From: Acutalibacteraceae bacterium
GTDB taxonomy: Bacteria; Actinomycetota; Coriobacteriia; Coriobacteriales; Atopobiaceae
Reading direction: 5' to 3'
Length of the DNA stretch: 48,199 nt
Assembly: GCA_963639715.1 (NCBI GenBank)
Contig: CAVHWW010000047.1
Span: forward strand, 1 to 48,199
In this document: piece by piece, positions 39,802 through 48,199 of the stretch
Numbering within the stretch: the first letter of the stretch is position 1
Layout: each line of letters opens with the position of its first letter
Notes under the pieces: model-generated
What the model saw: the letters and a program-made list of their open reading frames with translations, nothing else
The model's database searches: none
Told to the model about the DNA's origin: nothing
Program-made: the position numbers and the translations under genes

Positions 39802-39992
39802 TTTTTGTTTTGATCGATGACGGTCCAATTCCTGCAACCGGACGAAATCCGGCTGCGAACGGCATTCGCTTGTGGAAAGCATTTGAGCGGACCATTCAAA
39901 TGGCTAAAATGCGTACGCAAACATTTATGGCCATATCAGGGGGGGTGGCATCCTTGTCTGTTGAGAAGAAAGTCGAGCTTGACGGCGGTGTT

Positions 39993-41000
39993 GTGTCGAA
40001 CCGCCCTGTTTCTATGGCAGATGTCGCCCGTGTAGCCGGGGTCTCTCAGCAGACCGTCTCCCGTGTTGCCAACAACATGCCCAACGTCAGCGAGCGCACG
40101 CGCAAGCGCGTTCAGCAGGCCATGGAGGAGCTCGGCTTTCGCGTGAGCTACGCTGGCCGTTCCCTGCGTGACGGCAAGTACCGCTCGGTTGGCCTGTGCG
40201 TGAACGACATCACCGAATTCGGCAACCTTGCCATGCTCGACGGCATCACCCGCGCGGCTCGCGAACGCGACTATGCCGTGACGCTGCTCGAGGTGAGCAA
40301 GGATGACAAATGGTCACTGGGCGAGGCCGTTCGCTCCATGTCGGCCCTGCCGGTTGATGGCGTGATCTTGGGCATGAGCCGCCTCGCGCCCGACTTTGAG
40401 GAGTTCACCCCGCTTGCCGGCCTGCCTTGCGTGATCATGGCGATGTACGCCCACCCACGCTGCACTACGGTCGATTCTGACCAGTACGGCGCCTCACTCA
40501 TGGTGATGCGCCACTTCTTCGAGCATGGCCACCGCGAGATTCGCTATATCGGCGGTCCGAGCTTCTCCATCGACGAGAACTTCAGACAAGCCGGCTGGTC
40601 TGACTCGCTCAAGGAGGCCGGCATTGAACCTGTCGAGCCGATTCTTGGCGACTGGTCGGCTCGCAGCGGCTATGAGATTGCTTGCAAGCTCATTGAGCAA
40701 GACCACGACTTTACGGCCATCTACGCTGCAAATGACCAGATGGCCAACGGCGCCATGTACGCCTTGCGTGAGCATGGCCTGCGCGTGCCGCAAGACGTGA
40801 GCATCGTGGGCATCGATGACTCCTTGTGCGACTACGTGCCGGAGAACACCCTTACCACCGTGCGGTTCGATAACCAAAAGCGTGGGCGCACGGCCTTTGA
40901 GTACGCCATTCCCGCTGACGGGAGTCCCGCCTCCACGGCGGCAATCCGCATTCCGGGCAAGCTCGTCGAGCGAAGCAGCGTGGCGCAGGCCCGGCGCTAG
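39993..41000 (+). CDS. LacI-family transcriptional regulator (GalR-like by context)
   Basis: SMADVARVAGVSQQTVSRV HTH, ANDQMANG, GLRVPQDVSIVGIDD; start GTG 39993 or ATG 40014. Confidence 0.93.
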   Translation: MSNRPVSMADVARVAGVSQQTVSRVANNMPNVSERTRKRVQQAMEELGFRVSYAGRSLRDGKYRSVGLCVNDITEFGNLAMLDGITRAARERDYAVTLLEVSKDDKWSLGEAVRSMSALPVDGVILGMSRLAPDFEEFTPLAGLPCVIMAMYAHPRCTTVDSDQYGASLMVMRHFFEHGHREIRYIGGPSFSIDENFRQAGWSDSLKEAGIEPVEPILGDWSARSGYEIACKLIEQDHDFTAIYAANDQMANGAMYALREHGLRVPQDVSIVGIDDSLCDYVPENTLTTVRFDNQKRGRTAFEYAIPADGSPASTAAIRIPGKLVERSSVAQARR

Positions 41001-41069
41001 TTTAGGGTCGCCCGCGCCGGTCGCTCGCTCGCGTCCCTTCAGCCAAAGCGGCCGGATACGGGGGAGAGC

Positions 41070-42080
41070 ATGCCGGATTTTCGCAAGACCTATGTGGCCG
41101 ATGAAGCTCGCTACAACACCATGGACTACCGACGCTGCGGCGTCTCGGGCCTCAAGCTGCCTGCCGTGAGCCTGGGCATGTGGCACAACTTTGGCAACGT
41201 CACGCCCTATGACCAGATGGCCAGCATCGCCCTTACGGCCTTTGACCACGGCATCACGCATTTTGACCTGGCCAACAACTATGGCCCACACTACGGCGAG
41301 GCCGAGCGCAACATGGGAAAGCTTCTGCGCGACCACCTGCGCCCCTACCGTGACGAGCTGCTCATCTCCACCAAGGCGGGCTATGACATGTGGCCCGGTC
41401 CCTACGGCGACCATGGCAGCCGCAAGTACTTGCTGGCCTCGCTCGACCAGAGCCTTGAGCGCATGGGGCTCGACTACGTGGACATCTTCTACCACCACCG
41501 CATGGACCCCGAGACGCCTCTTGAGGAGACGATGGGTGCGCTGGCCAGCGCGGTGGAGCAGGGCAAGGCACTCTACGTGGGTCTCTCGCGTTATGACGAG
41601 CCCACGCTGAGGGCCGCGACCAAGATCTTGGACGAACGCCACGTGCCCTACGTGCTCAACCAGTACCGCTACAACATCTTCGATCGCGGCATCGTCGATG
41701 ATGGCTCCAAGGCGGCGACGGCCGAGCTGGGGCGCGGCATCATCACCTTCTCGCCGCTGGCCCAGGGCCTGCTCACCAACCGCTACCTCGATGGCGTACC
41801 GGCCGATTCGCGCATGGCCCACGACCCGCGCTACCTCAAGGAAGCCGCGCTGACGCCCGAGACGCACAAAAAGATTGTGGCGCTGAATGACCTCGCGGCC
41901 GAGCGCGGCCAGACGCTTGCCGAGATGGCGCTTGCCTGGCAGCTGCGCGACCCCCAGATCACGAGCGTCCTCATCGGCGCCAGTCGTCCGCAGCAGATTC
42001 TCGACAACCTCAAGGCGCTCGAGAATTGCAGCTTCACTGACGAGGAGCTTGCGCGTATCGATCAGGTTTCTCTGGGCTAG
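41070..42080 (+). CDS. Aldo-keto reductase, YghZ/MgrA (L-glyceraldehyde-3-phosphate/methylglyoxal reductase) type
   Basis: GLKLPAVSLGMWHNFG, THFDLANNYGP, STKAGYDMWPGPYG, GSRKYLLASLDQSL. Confidence 0.9.
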   Translation: MPDFRKTYVADEARYNTMDYRRCGVSGLKLPAVSLGMWHNFGNVTPYDQMASIALTAFDHGITHFDLANNYGPHYGEAERNMGKLLRDHLRPYRDELLISTKAGYDMWPGPYGDHGSRKYLLASLDQSLERMGLDYVDIFYHHRMDPETPLEETMGALASAVEQGKALYVGLSRYDEPTLRAATKILDERHVPYVLNQYRYNIFDRGIVDDGSKAATAELGRGIITFSPLAQGLLTNRYLDGVPADSRMAHDPRYLKEAALTPETHKKIVALNDLAAERGQTLAEMALAWQLRDPQITSVLIGASRPQQILDNLKALENCSFTDEELARIDQVSLG

Positions 42081-42247
42081 GGGAGGCCTAAGACGGCCGT
42101 TTGCAGGCGTCTGGCGTCACTGATTTGCGGCACGTCCGATCCAATTCGAATGCCCAGGCAAGGGCCCCACTTCTATGCGGAGCTGGGCAGAAAAATAGGG
42201 ATAACCTAACCCTAATACATATATCTACCTGCGCTTTATTGGCAGAT

Positions 42248-42290
42248 AAGGACCCCACTCGCTGAATTGGCGAGTGGGGTCCTTTCTTTT
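42248..42290 (+). terminator. Intrinsic terminator downstream of lacI-AKR
   Basis: 15-bp stem AAGGACCCCACTCGC/GCGAGTGGGGTCCTT followed by TCTTTT. Confidence 0.8.
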
Positions 42291-42392
42291 CTGAGCCCCG
42301 TTGCGCCTGACCCCTAAAAACTACCGTCCGCAACGAAATCACAACCGTTCGCCATTCCTCGACGCGATTTCGAATCCGTTTCCGGGCGCTGA

Positions 42393-42406
42393 TGTTAACG
42401 TACTCA
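42393..42406. promoter_or_regulatory. LacI-family operator upstream of mglB
   Basis: TGTTAACGTACTCA, identical to 39788-39801. Confidence 0.75.
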
Positions 42407-42538
42407 ACGAAAAAAGGCAGCCCTGGAGTGGTCAACTTCGGACAGCAATCGAGCTCCAGCTGCTTTTTGCGGGATGAATCCCGCAGCTTGTAAAAGGGCG
42501 CGGGGAAGGCGCGCTGAAAAGGGAAAGGGAGTTTCGTT

Positions 42539-43822
42539 ATGGCAATGTCTCGTCGTAAGTTCCTCCAGGTTGCAGGTCTTGGCCTGAGCTCCGTCGCCGC
42601 GGGTTCTCTCGTGGGCTGCGGTGGCAGCAGCGATTCCGGCTCTTCTGACAGCGGCTCCAGCTCGTCTGCCAACGCCGACAAGCCGGTCGTCTTCTTCAAC
42701 CGCCAGCCGTCCAACAGCTCCACCGGTGAGCTCGACATGACGACGCTCAACTGGAACAAGGACACCTACTACGTCGGCTTCGACGCCAACCAGGGTGGCG
42801 AGCTCGAGGGCCAGATGGTCGTCGACTACATCAAGGAGCACATCGACACCATCGACCGCAACGGCGACGGCGTCATCGGCTACGTCCTCGCCATCGGTGA
42901 CGTGGGACACAACGACTCCATCGCCCGTACCCGTGGTTGCCGCAAGGCCCTCGGCACGGCCGTGGAGAAGGACGGCGCCATCGTCTCTGAGGCCGCCGGC
43001 ACCAACACTGACGGCTCCGCCACCGTCGTCCAGGACGGCACGCTCGAGGTCAACGGCAAGACCTACGTCGTCCGCGAGCTCGCTTCGCAGGAGATGAAGA
43101 ACTCCGCCGGCGCCACCTGGGACGCCGCCACCGCCGGTAACGCCCTGAGCTCCTGGGCTTCCTCCTTCGGCGACCAGATCGACGTCATCGTCTCCAACAA
43201 CGACGGCATGGGCATGGCCATGTTCAACGCCTGGTCCAAGGACAACAAGGTCCCGACCTTCGGCTATGACGCCAACAGCGACGCCGTTGCCGCCATCTCC
43301 GAGGGCTACGGCGGAACCATTTCGCAGAACCCGGCCGTCCAGGCCTACCTCACCCTGCGTCTGCTCCGCAACGCCCTTGACGGTGTCGACATCAACACCG
43401 GCATTGCCACCGCTGACGACGCCGGCAACGTCCTTGCCGAGGACGACTACAAGTACAGCGAGGAGGACCGCTCCTACTACGCGATGAACCTCGCCGTCAC
43501 CGCCGAGAACGCCGACAAGTTCGCCGACGCTACGGCCCTCTACGAGACCGCCCAGTCCCAGGTCGACGAGTCTAAGTCGCCCTCCAAGAAGGTCTGGCTC
43601 GACATCTACAACGCGGCCGACAACTTCCTGTCCGCCACCTACCAGCCGCTCCTCCAGAAGTACGACAAGCTTCTCAACCTCGAGGTCGACTACATCGGCG
43701 GCGACGGCCAGACGGAGTCCAACATCACCAACCGTCTCGGCAACCCGGGCGAGTACGACGCGTTCGCCATCAACATGGTGAAGACCGACAACGGCTCTTC
43801 CTACACCTCGCTGCTGGCCTAA
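42539..43822 (+). CDS. mglB: Galactose/glucose ABC substrate-binding lipoprotein (MglB-type, circularly permuted), Tat signal
   Basis: SRRKFLQ Tat motif plus LVGC lipobox; PVVFFNRQP, YYVGFD, DRNGDG Ca loop, SNNDGM, IYNAADNF. Confidence 0.85.
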   Translation: MAMSRRKFLQVAGLGLSSVAAGSLVGCGGSSDSGSSDSGSSSSANADKPVVFFNRQPSNSSTGELDMTTLNWNKDTYYVGFDANQGGELEGQMVVDYIKEHIDTIDRNGDGVIGYVLAIGDVGHNDSIARTRGCRKALGTAVEKDGAIVSEAAGTNTDGSATVVQDGTLEVNGKTYVVRELASQEMKNSAGATWDAATAGNALSSWASSFGDQIDVIVSNNDGMGMAMFNAWSKDNKVPTFGYDANSDAVAAISEGYGGTISQNPAVQAYLTLRLLRNALDGVDINTGIATADDAGNVLAEDDYKYSEEDRSYYAMNLAVTAENADKFADATALYETAQSQVDESKSPSKKVWLDIYNAADNFLSATYQPLLQKYDKLLNLEVDYIGGDGQTESNITNRLGNPGEYDAFAINMVKTDNGSSYTSLLA

Positions 43823-43903
43823 GTAACACAGGAACACCCGCCTTATCGGGTGAAACGGGGCCGGGGAGGGCAAGCTCTCCCCGGCCTTTCAAAAGTTCGA
43901 AAA

Positions 43904-43917
43904 TGAGTACGTTATCA
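43904..43917. promoter_or_regulatory. LacI-family operator between mglB and mglA
   Basis: TGAGTACGTTATCA (reverse complement TGATAACGTACTCA, 13/14 to the other two). Confidence 0.7.
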
Positions 43918-43945
43918 ATTTCGAGGGGTAAAGAGGGGTGATCAT

Positions 43946-45460
43946 ATGGCGGATGCGCAGGGCGAATACATCCTTTCAATTCAGGGCATGTGCAAGTCGT
44001 TTGGCCGCAACAGGGTTCTCGACCACATCAACCTCAACGTGCGCCCCGGCACCGTAATGGGCCTTATGGGCGAGAACGGTGCAGGCAAGTCCACCATGAT
44101 GAAGTGCCTGTTTGGCACCTATCAGAAGGACGAGGGAAGCATCTTCCTCGAGGGCAGGGAAGTGAACTTCTCTGGCCCCAAGGACGCCCTCGAAAACGGC
44201 GTCGCCATGGTGCACCAGGAGCTCAACCAGTGCCTGGAGCGCAACGTTATCGACAACCTGTTCCTGGGTCGCTATCCCAAGAACGCCGCCGGCATCGTGG
44301 ACGAGGCCCGCATGAAGAAGGAAGCGTCGGATCTGTTCCGACGCCTCGGCATGACGGTGAACCTTACCCAGCCGATGAAGAACATGAGCGTCTCCCAGCG
44401 CCAGATGTGCGAGATTGCCAAGGCCATCTCGTACAACGCGAAGGTCATCGTGCTCGACGAGCCGACCTCCTCGCTTATGGCGCAGGAAGTTGAGAAGCTC
44501 TTCCAGATGATGCGCGTGCTTAAGAGCCAGGGCATCGCGCTCATCTACATCTCGCACAAGATGGATGAGATCTTCGAGATTTGCGACGATGTCTCGGTGC
44601 TCCGTGACGGTAACCTCGTCATGAGCAAGGGCACCAAAGATACGAACATGAACGAGCTCATCTCGGCCATGGTCGGCCGCTCGCTCGACAACCGTTTCCC
44701 GCCGGTTGATAACGAGCCGGGCGAGCCCATCCTTTCCATCCAGCACCTTTCTACCAAGTACGAGCCCCACCTCAAGGACATCACCTTCGAGGTCAACAAG
44801 GGTGAGATCTTCGGCCTCTACGGACTGGTGGGCGCTGGCAGAACCGAGCTGCTCGAGACTATTTTTGGCATCCGCACACGTGCGGCCGGCCGCGTCTACT
44901 TCCGCGACCGCCTCATGAACTTCACCTCCACGCGCGAGGCCATGGACCACGGATTTGCCCTCATCACCGAGGAGCGCAAGGCCAACGGCCTGTTCCTCAA
45001 GGGCGACCTGACGTTCAATACCACCATTGCAAACCTCAACCAGTACAAGAGCAGCAATGGTCTCACGCTCTCCAACGAAAAGATGGTCCGCGCCACCAAC
45101 AACGAGATCAAGACCATGAAGACCAAGTGCATGGGTCCCGATGACCTGATCTCGTCGCTGTCCGGCGGCAACCAGCAGAAGGTCATCTTTGGCAAGTGGC
45201 TCGAGCGTGGGCCGCAGGTCTTCATGATGGACGAGCCTACCCGCGGCATCGACGTCGGTGCCAAGTACGAGATTTACGAGCTCATCATCAAGATGGCCAA
45301 GCAGGGCAAGACCATCATCGTGGTCTCGTCCGAGATGCCCGAGATTCTTGGCATCACCAACCGCATCGGCGTGATGTCCAACGGAAGGCTTTCCGGCATC
45401 GTCAAAACGTCCGAGACCAACCAGGAAGAGCTGCTGCGCCTGAGCGCCATGTACCTGTAA
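43946..45460 (+). CDS. mglA: Galactoside ABC transporter ATP-binding protein (CUT2, two domains)
   Basis: GENGAGKST, MVHQELN, LDEPTSSL, TEERK, LSGGNQQK, DEPTRGIDVGAK. Confidence 0.93.
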   Translation: MADAQGEYILSIQGMCKSFGRNRVLDHINLNVRPGTVMGLMGENGAGKSTMMKCLFGTYQKDEGSIFLEGREVNFSGPKDALENGVAMVHQELNQCLERNVIDNLFLGRYPKNAAGIVDEARMKKEASDLFRRLGMTVNLTQPMKNMSVSQRQMCEIAKAISYNAKVIVLDEPTSSLMAQEVEKLFQMMRVLKSQGIALIYISHKMDEIFEICDDVSVLRDGNLVMSKGTKDTNMNELISAMVGRSLDNRFPPVDNEPGEPILSIQHLSTKYEPHLKDITFEVNKGEIFGLYGLVGAGRTELLETIFGIRTRAAGRVYFRDRLMNFTSTREAMDHGFALITEERKANGLFLKGDLTFNTTIANLNQYKSSNGLTLSNEKMVRATNNEIKTMKTKCMGPDDLISSLSGGNQQKVIFGKWLERGPQVFMMDEPTRGIDVGAKYEIYELIIKMAKQGKTIIVVSSEMPEILGITNRIGVMSNGRLSGIVKTSETNQEELLRLSAMYL

Positions 45461-45479
45461 CCGGAGGGAGTCTGATCAT

Positions 45480-47135
45480 ATGGCCGCATCCAGCGGAAAG
45501 ATCCTCTCGATCGAGGAAGAGACAAAGCTCATCCAGCCGATCGACGAGTACGTAAGCAATATCCAGCACCAGATTGACGAGCTGCGTGCCGAGGGCACGA
45601 GTCGCGTCGTTGAGCTGCAGAGCAGCATCGACATCGCCAAGAACGACCACGTGCTCACCAAGACCGAGCGCGAGCAGGCCGTTGCCGGCTACAAGGCCGA
45701 GATGGAGAAGGCCAAGAAGGTCGAGGCTGCCAACAAGGCCGAGGTCGACAAGCTCGTTGGCCAGGCCGAGGCCTACCTCAAGGAGCACTTCGACACCGAT
45801 TACCTCAACCCGGTGAAGGAGAGCTGCGAGGTTGCCAAGACCCAGGCCAAGATCGACTACGAGAAGGCCCTGAAGCAGCTCGAGGAGAGCCACAAGAAGA
45901 CCGTCTCCTTCATGCAGGACCAGAGGGAGATCAAGGAAGAGAACTATATCTACAAGAACAAGCAGTTCGACGCCAAGATCACCTACCAGAACCAGCTCCA
46001 GGTCATCAAGGACCGTCAGCACGAGGCCTTCTCCTACCGCTATCACCTCATCGACATGCTTCGCATGGGCAAGTTCACCTTTGCCGAGAAGCAGGCCCAG
46101 AAGCGCGAGAACTACCTCTACACCTTCAACACCCGCGACTTCCTGCTTAAGAACGGCCTCTACATCGTGATTTTGCTCGTGTTCATCGCCCTGTGCGCCG
46201 CCGCGCCCATCGTCAAGAACACGCAGCTGCTCACCTACCAGAACGTCCTGAACATCCTGCAGCAGGCAAGCCCGCGCATGTTCTACGCCCTCGGCGTTGC
46301 CGGCCTGATCCTGCTCACCGGTACCGACCTGTCCATCGGCCGTATGGTCGGCATGGGCATGACGGCCGCCACGATCATCATGCACCAGGGCGTTAACACC
46401 GGCTCGGTCTTCGGCGTCATCTTTGACTTCACCGGCATGCCCGTGGCCGCCCGCGCCATCCTGGCCCTTGTGGTCTGCGTCTGCCTCTGCACCCTGTTCA
46501 CGACCATCGCCGGCTTCTTCATGGCCCGCTTTAAGATGCACCCGTTCATCTCCACGATGGCCAACATGCTCGTCATCTTCGGTCTGGTGACCTACGCCAC
46601 CAAGGGCGTCTCCTTCGGTGCCATTGAGTCCTCCATCCCGAACATCTTCATTCCCAAGGTCAACGGCTTCCCGACGATCGTCCTGTGGGCCGCTGCTGCC
46701 ATCGCCATCGTTTGGTTCATCTGGAACAAGACGACCTTCGGCAAGAACCTCTACGCCGTGGGTGGCAACCCCGAGGCCGCCGCTGTCTCCGGCATCTCCG
46801 TCTTCGGTGTGACCGTGGGCGCCTTCGTTCTCGCTGGTATCCTCTACGGCTTTGGTGACTGGCTCGAGTGCATGCGCATGGTCGGCTCCGGCTCCGCCGC
46901 TTATGGTCAGGGCTGGGACATGGACGCCATCGCAGCCTGCGTGGTCGGCGGCGTCTCCTTCACCGGCGGCATCGGCAAGATCAGCGGCGTGGCCGTCGGC
47001 GTCCTGATCTTCACCACGCTCACCTACGCCCTCACCATCCTGGGCATCGACACCAACCTGCAGTTCGTGTTCTCCGGCGTCATCATCCTCACCGCCGTCA
47101 CGCTCGACTGCCTCAAGTACGTCCAGAAGAAGTAA
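45480..47135 (+). CDS. mglC: Galactoside ABC transporter permease with long N-terminal soluble extension
   Basis: GTDLSIGR, HPFIST, FGKNLYAVGGNPEAA.VSGI, DAIAACVVGGVSF.GG. Confidence 0.9.
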   Translation: MAASSGKILSIEEETKLIQPIDEYVSNIQHQIDELRAEGTSRVVELQSSIDIAKNDHVLTKTEREQAVAGYKAEMEKAKKVEAANKAEVDKLVGQAEAYLKEHFDTDYLNPVKESCEVAKTQAKIDYEKALKQLEESHKKTVSFMQDQREIKEENYIYKNKQFDAKITYQNQLQVIKDRQHEAFSYRYHLIDMLRMGKFTFAEKQAQKRENYLYTFNTRDFLLKNGLYIVILLVFIALCAAAPIVKNTQLLTYQNVLNILQQASPRMFYALGVAGLILLTGTDLSIGRMVGMGMTAATIIMHQGVNTGSVFGVIFDFTGMPVAARAILALVVCVCLCTLFTTIAGFFMARFKMHPFISTMANMLVIFGLVTYATKGVSFGAIESSIPNIFIPKVNGFPTIVLWAAAAIAIVWFIWNKTTFGKNLYAVGGNPEAAAVSGISVFGVTVGAFVLAGILYGFGDWLECMRMVGSGSAAYGQGWDMDAIAACVVGGVSFTGGIGKISGVAVGVLIFTTLTYALTILGIDTNLQFVFSGVIILTAVTLDCLKYVQKK

Positions 47136-47215
47136 CTTCCCTCACCCCCCCCTCGGCCCCCATTCGTAAGGCTTGCGAATGGGGGCCACCCCTTCCTTTG
47201 AGAGGAGCTGCGCCG

Positions 47216-47512
47216 ATGAAGAAGATCCTTGTTTGCTGCATCTCAAGCGTTACCTCGAGCCTGCTTGTCGTAAAGATGGAGTCTGAGGTAAAGGCTCGCG
47301 GGCTCGACATCGAGATTGTCTCCGAGCCTGTCGCTGCGGCCATCGACCACCTGGCCGATGCCGATATGGTCTTGCTTGGCCCGCAAGTGGCTCATGCCCA
47401 GGCCCCCTTTGAGGAGGCCGGCGCCAAGAAGGTCCTCGTCATCGACCCCGATGACTACACCTGCCAAGCGGCCCCCAAAATCCTCGATGAGGCCCTCGCC
47501 GCCATCGAGTAG
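47216..47512 (+). CDS. Stand-alone PTS EIIB, lactose/cellobiose family
   Basis: KKILVCC....TSSLLVVKM, ADMVLLGPQV, VIDPDDY; ATG 47216 after GAGAGGAG. Confidence 0.82.
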   Translation: MKKILVCCISSVTSSLLVVKMESEVKARGLDIEIVSEPVAAAIDHLADADMVLLGPQVAHAQAPFEEAGAKKVLVIDPDDYTCQAAPKILDEALAAIE

Positions 47513-47903
47513 GCAGCAGGGAGTTCCCTTCAGGACTGGCCGCTAGGCGCCCCGTCGGGTACCCAAAAACAGAACATCCCCCCTTTTCCTTGCCCGCGCA
47601 GCCCCTCCCAGGCCGCGCGGGCAAGTAAGTTTGAGGGAGCGTTTGAAGGGGATTCGGGCGCAAAGCTGTGCCATGTTGGCAAACAAGCCCAAGGAGCAAT
47701 GGCAAAAAGACCAGAAGCAAAATAACCAAGCGTCTTGCTAATGGCCGCAAATCAAATAGACCGCGAAGCTAATTTTTGACAGGCCCAAGCCTGCCAAAAA
47801 TTACCGCATGTAGAACGAGCACAAGGGCCTCGCAACTAGTGGTCCTAGAATCCGCAAGCGCCCGGGGACTGCAGGCTCCCCACGCTGCAGCTGGATAGCC
47901 AAA

Positions 47904-47989
47904 GGCCGAGTGCCCCACCCCGAAGGGAGGGGCTAAGGGAGATTTGCGCAGCAAATCTGTCCCCGACCGCAGGGGTGGGGCTCTCGGCC
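47904..47989. repeat. 86-bp palindromic (REP-like) element
   Basis: 18-bp outer arms 17/18 complementary; inner AGATTTGC/GCAAATCT stem. Confidence 0.55.
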
Positions 47990-47995
47990 GAAGGG

Positions 47996-48034
47996 AAAAG
48001 AAGAGGCCTGCTAGCAAGAATGCCAGCAGGCCTC
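47996..48034 (-). terminator. Intrinsic terminator of asnS
   Basis: GAGGCCTGCTGGCA/TGCTAGCAGGCCTC stem followed by TTCTTTT on the minus strand. Confidence 0.75.
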
Positions 48035-48056
48035 AAATTCAATGCAGCAACGGGGC

Positions 48057-48199
48057 TTAGAACTCGGCGTTGCCCACAGTGCGAGGGTGGGGGATGACGT
48101 CGCGAATGTTGCCCACGCCCGTGAGGTACATCACGAGGCGCTCGAAGCCCATGCCGTAGCCCGCGTGCTTGCAGGAGCCGTAACGGCGCAGGTCGAGGT
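48057..48199 (-). CDS. asnS: Asparagine--tRNA ligase, 3' end (partial)
   Basis: Minus-strand translation [50 protein letters not shown], the class IIb motif 3 typical of AsnRS. Confidence 0.93.
   Translation of the reverse strand, partial: LDLRRYGSCKHAGYGMGFERLVMYLTGVGNIRDVIPHPRTVGNAEF

Overview
High-GC bacterial chromosomal window. The protein sequences and gene context suggest Coriobacteriia, probably Atopobiaceae; this is inferred, not database-checked. 0.9-17.7 kb is the S10-spc-alpha ribosomal protein supercluster (rplC to rplQ, with secY, adk, map, infA and rpoA). It lacks rpsJ at its head, is split after rplX by a terminator plus a small hypothetical gene, and has several long, structured intergenic RNAs. 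Next come an ECF module (fused double ATPase plus EcfT), truA, a degenerate LCP-like protein, a GT2 glycosyltransferase and argCJBD with ARG boxes. An IclR-regulated non-phosphorylative L-fucose/D-arabinose-type cluster follows (UxaA-family dehydratase, SDR, FucP, amidohydrolase, DHDPS-family aldolase). The window ends with galMKT, a LacI regulator with three near-identical operators, an aldo-keto reductase, an mglBAC-type sugar ABC transporter with a circularly permuted Tat lipoprotein, an orphan PTS EIIB and the 3' end of asnS. No CRISPR array, rRNA, tRNA or transposase was seen. The best candidate for an undescribed element is a hairpin just upstream of rpsH (8627-8666) that reproduces the S8-binding internal-loop geometry of 16S rRNA helix 21, i.e. 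a candidate S8 autoregulatory leader at a non-E. coli position.
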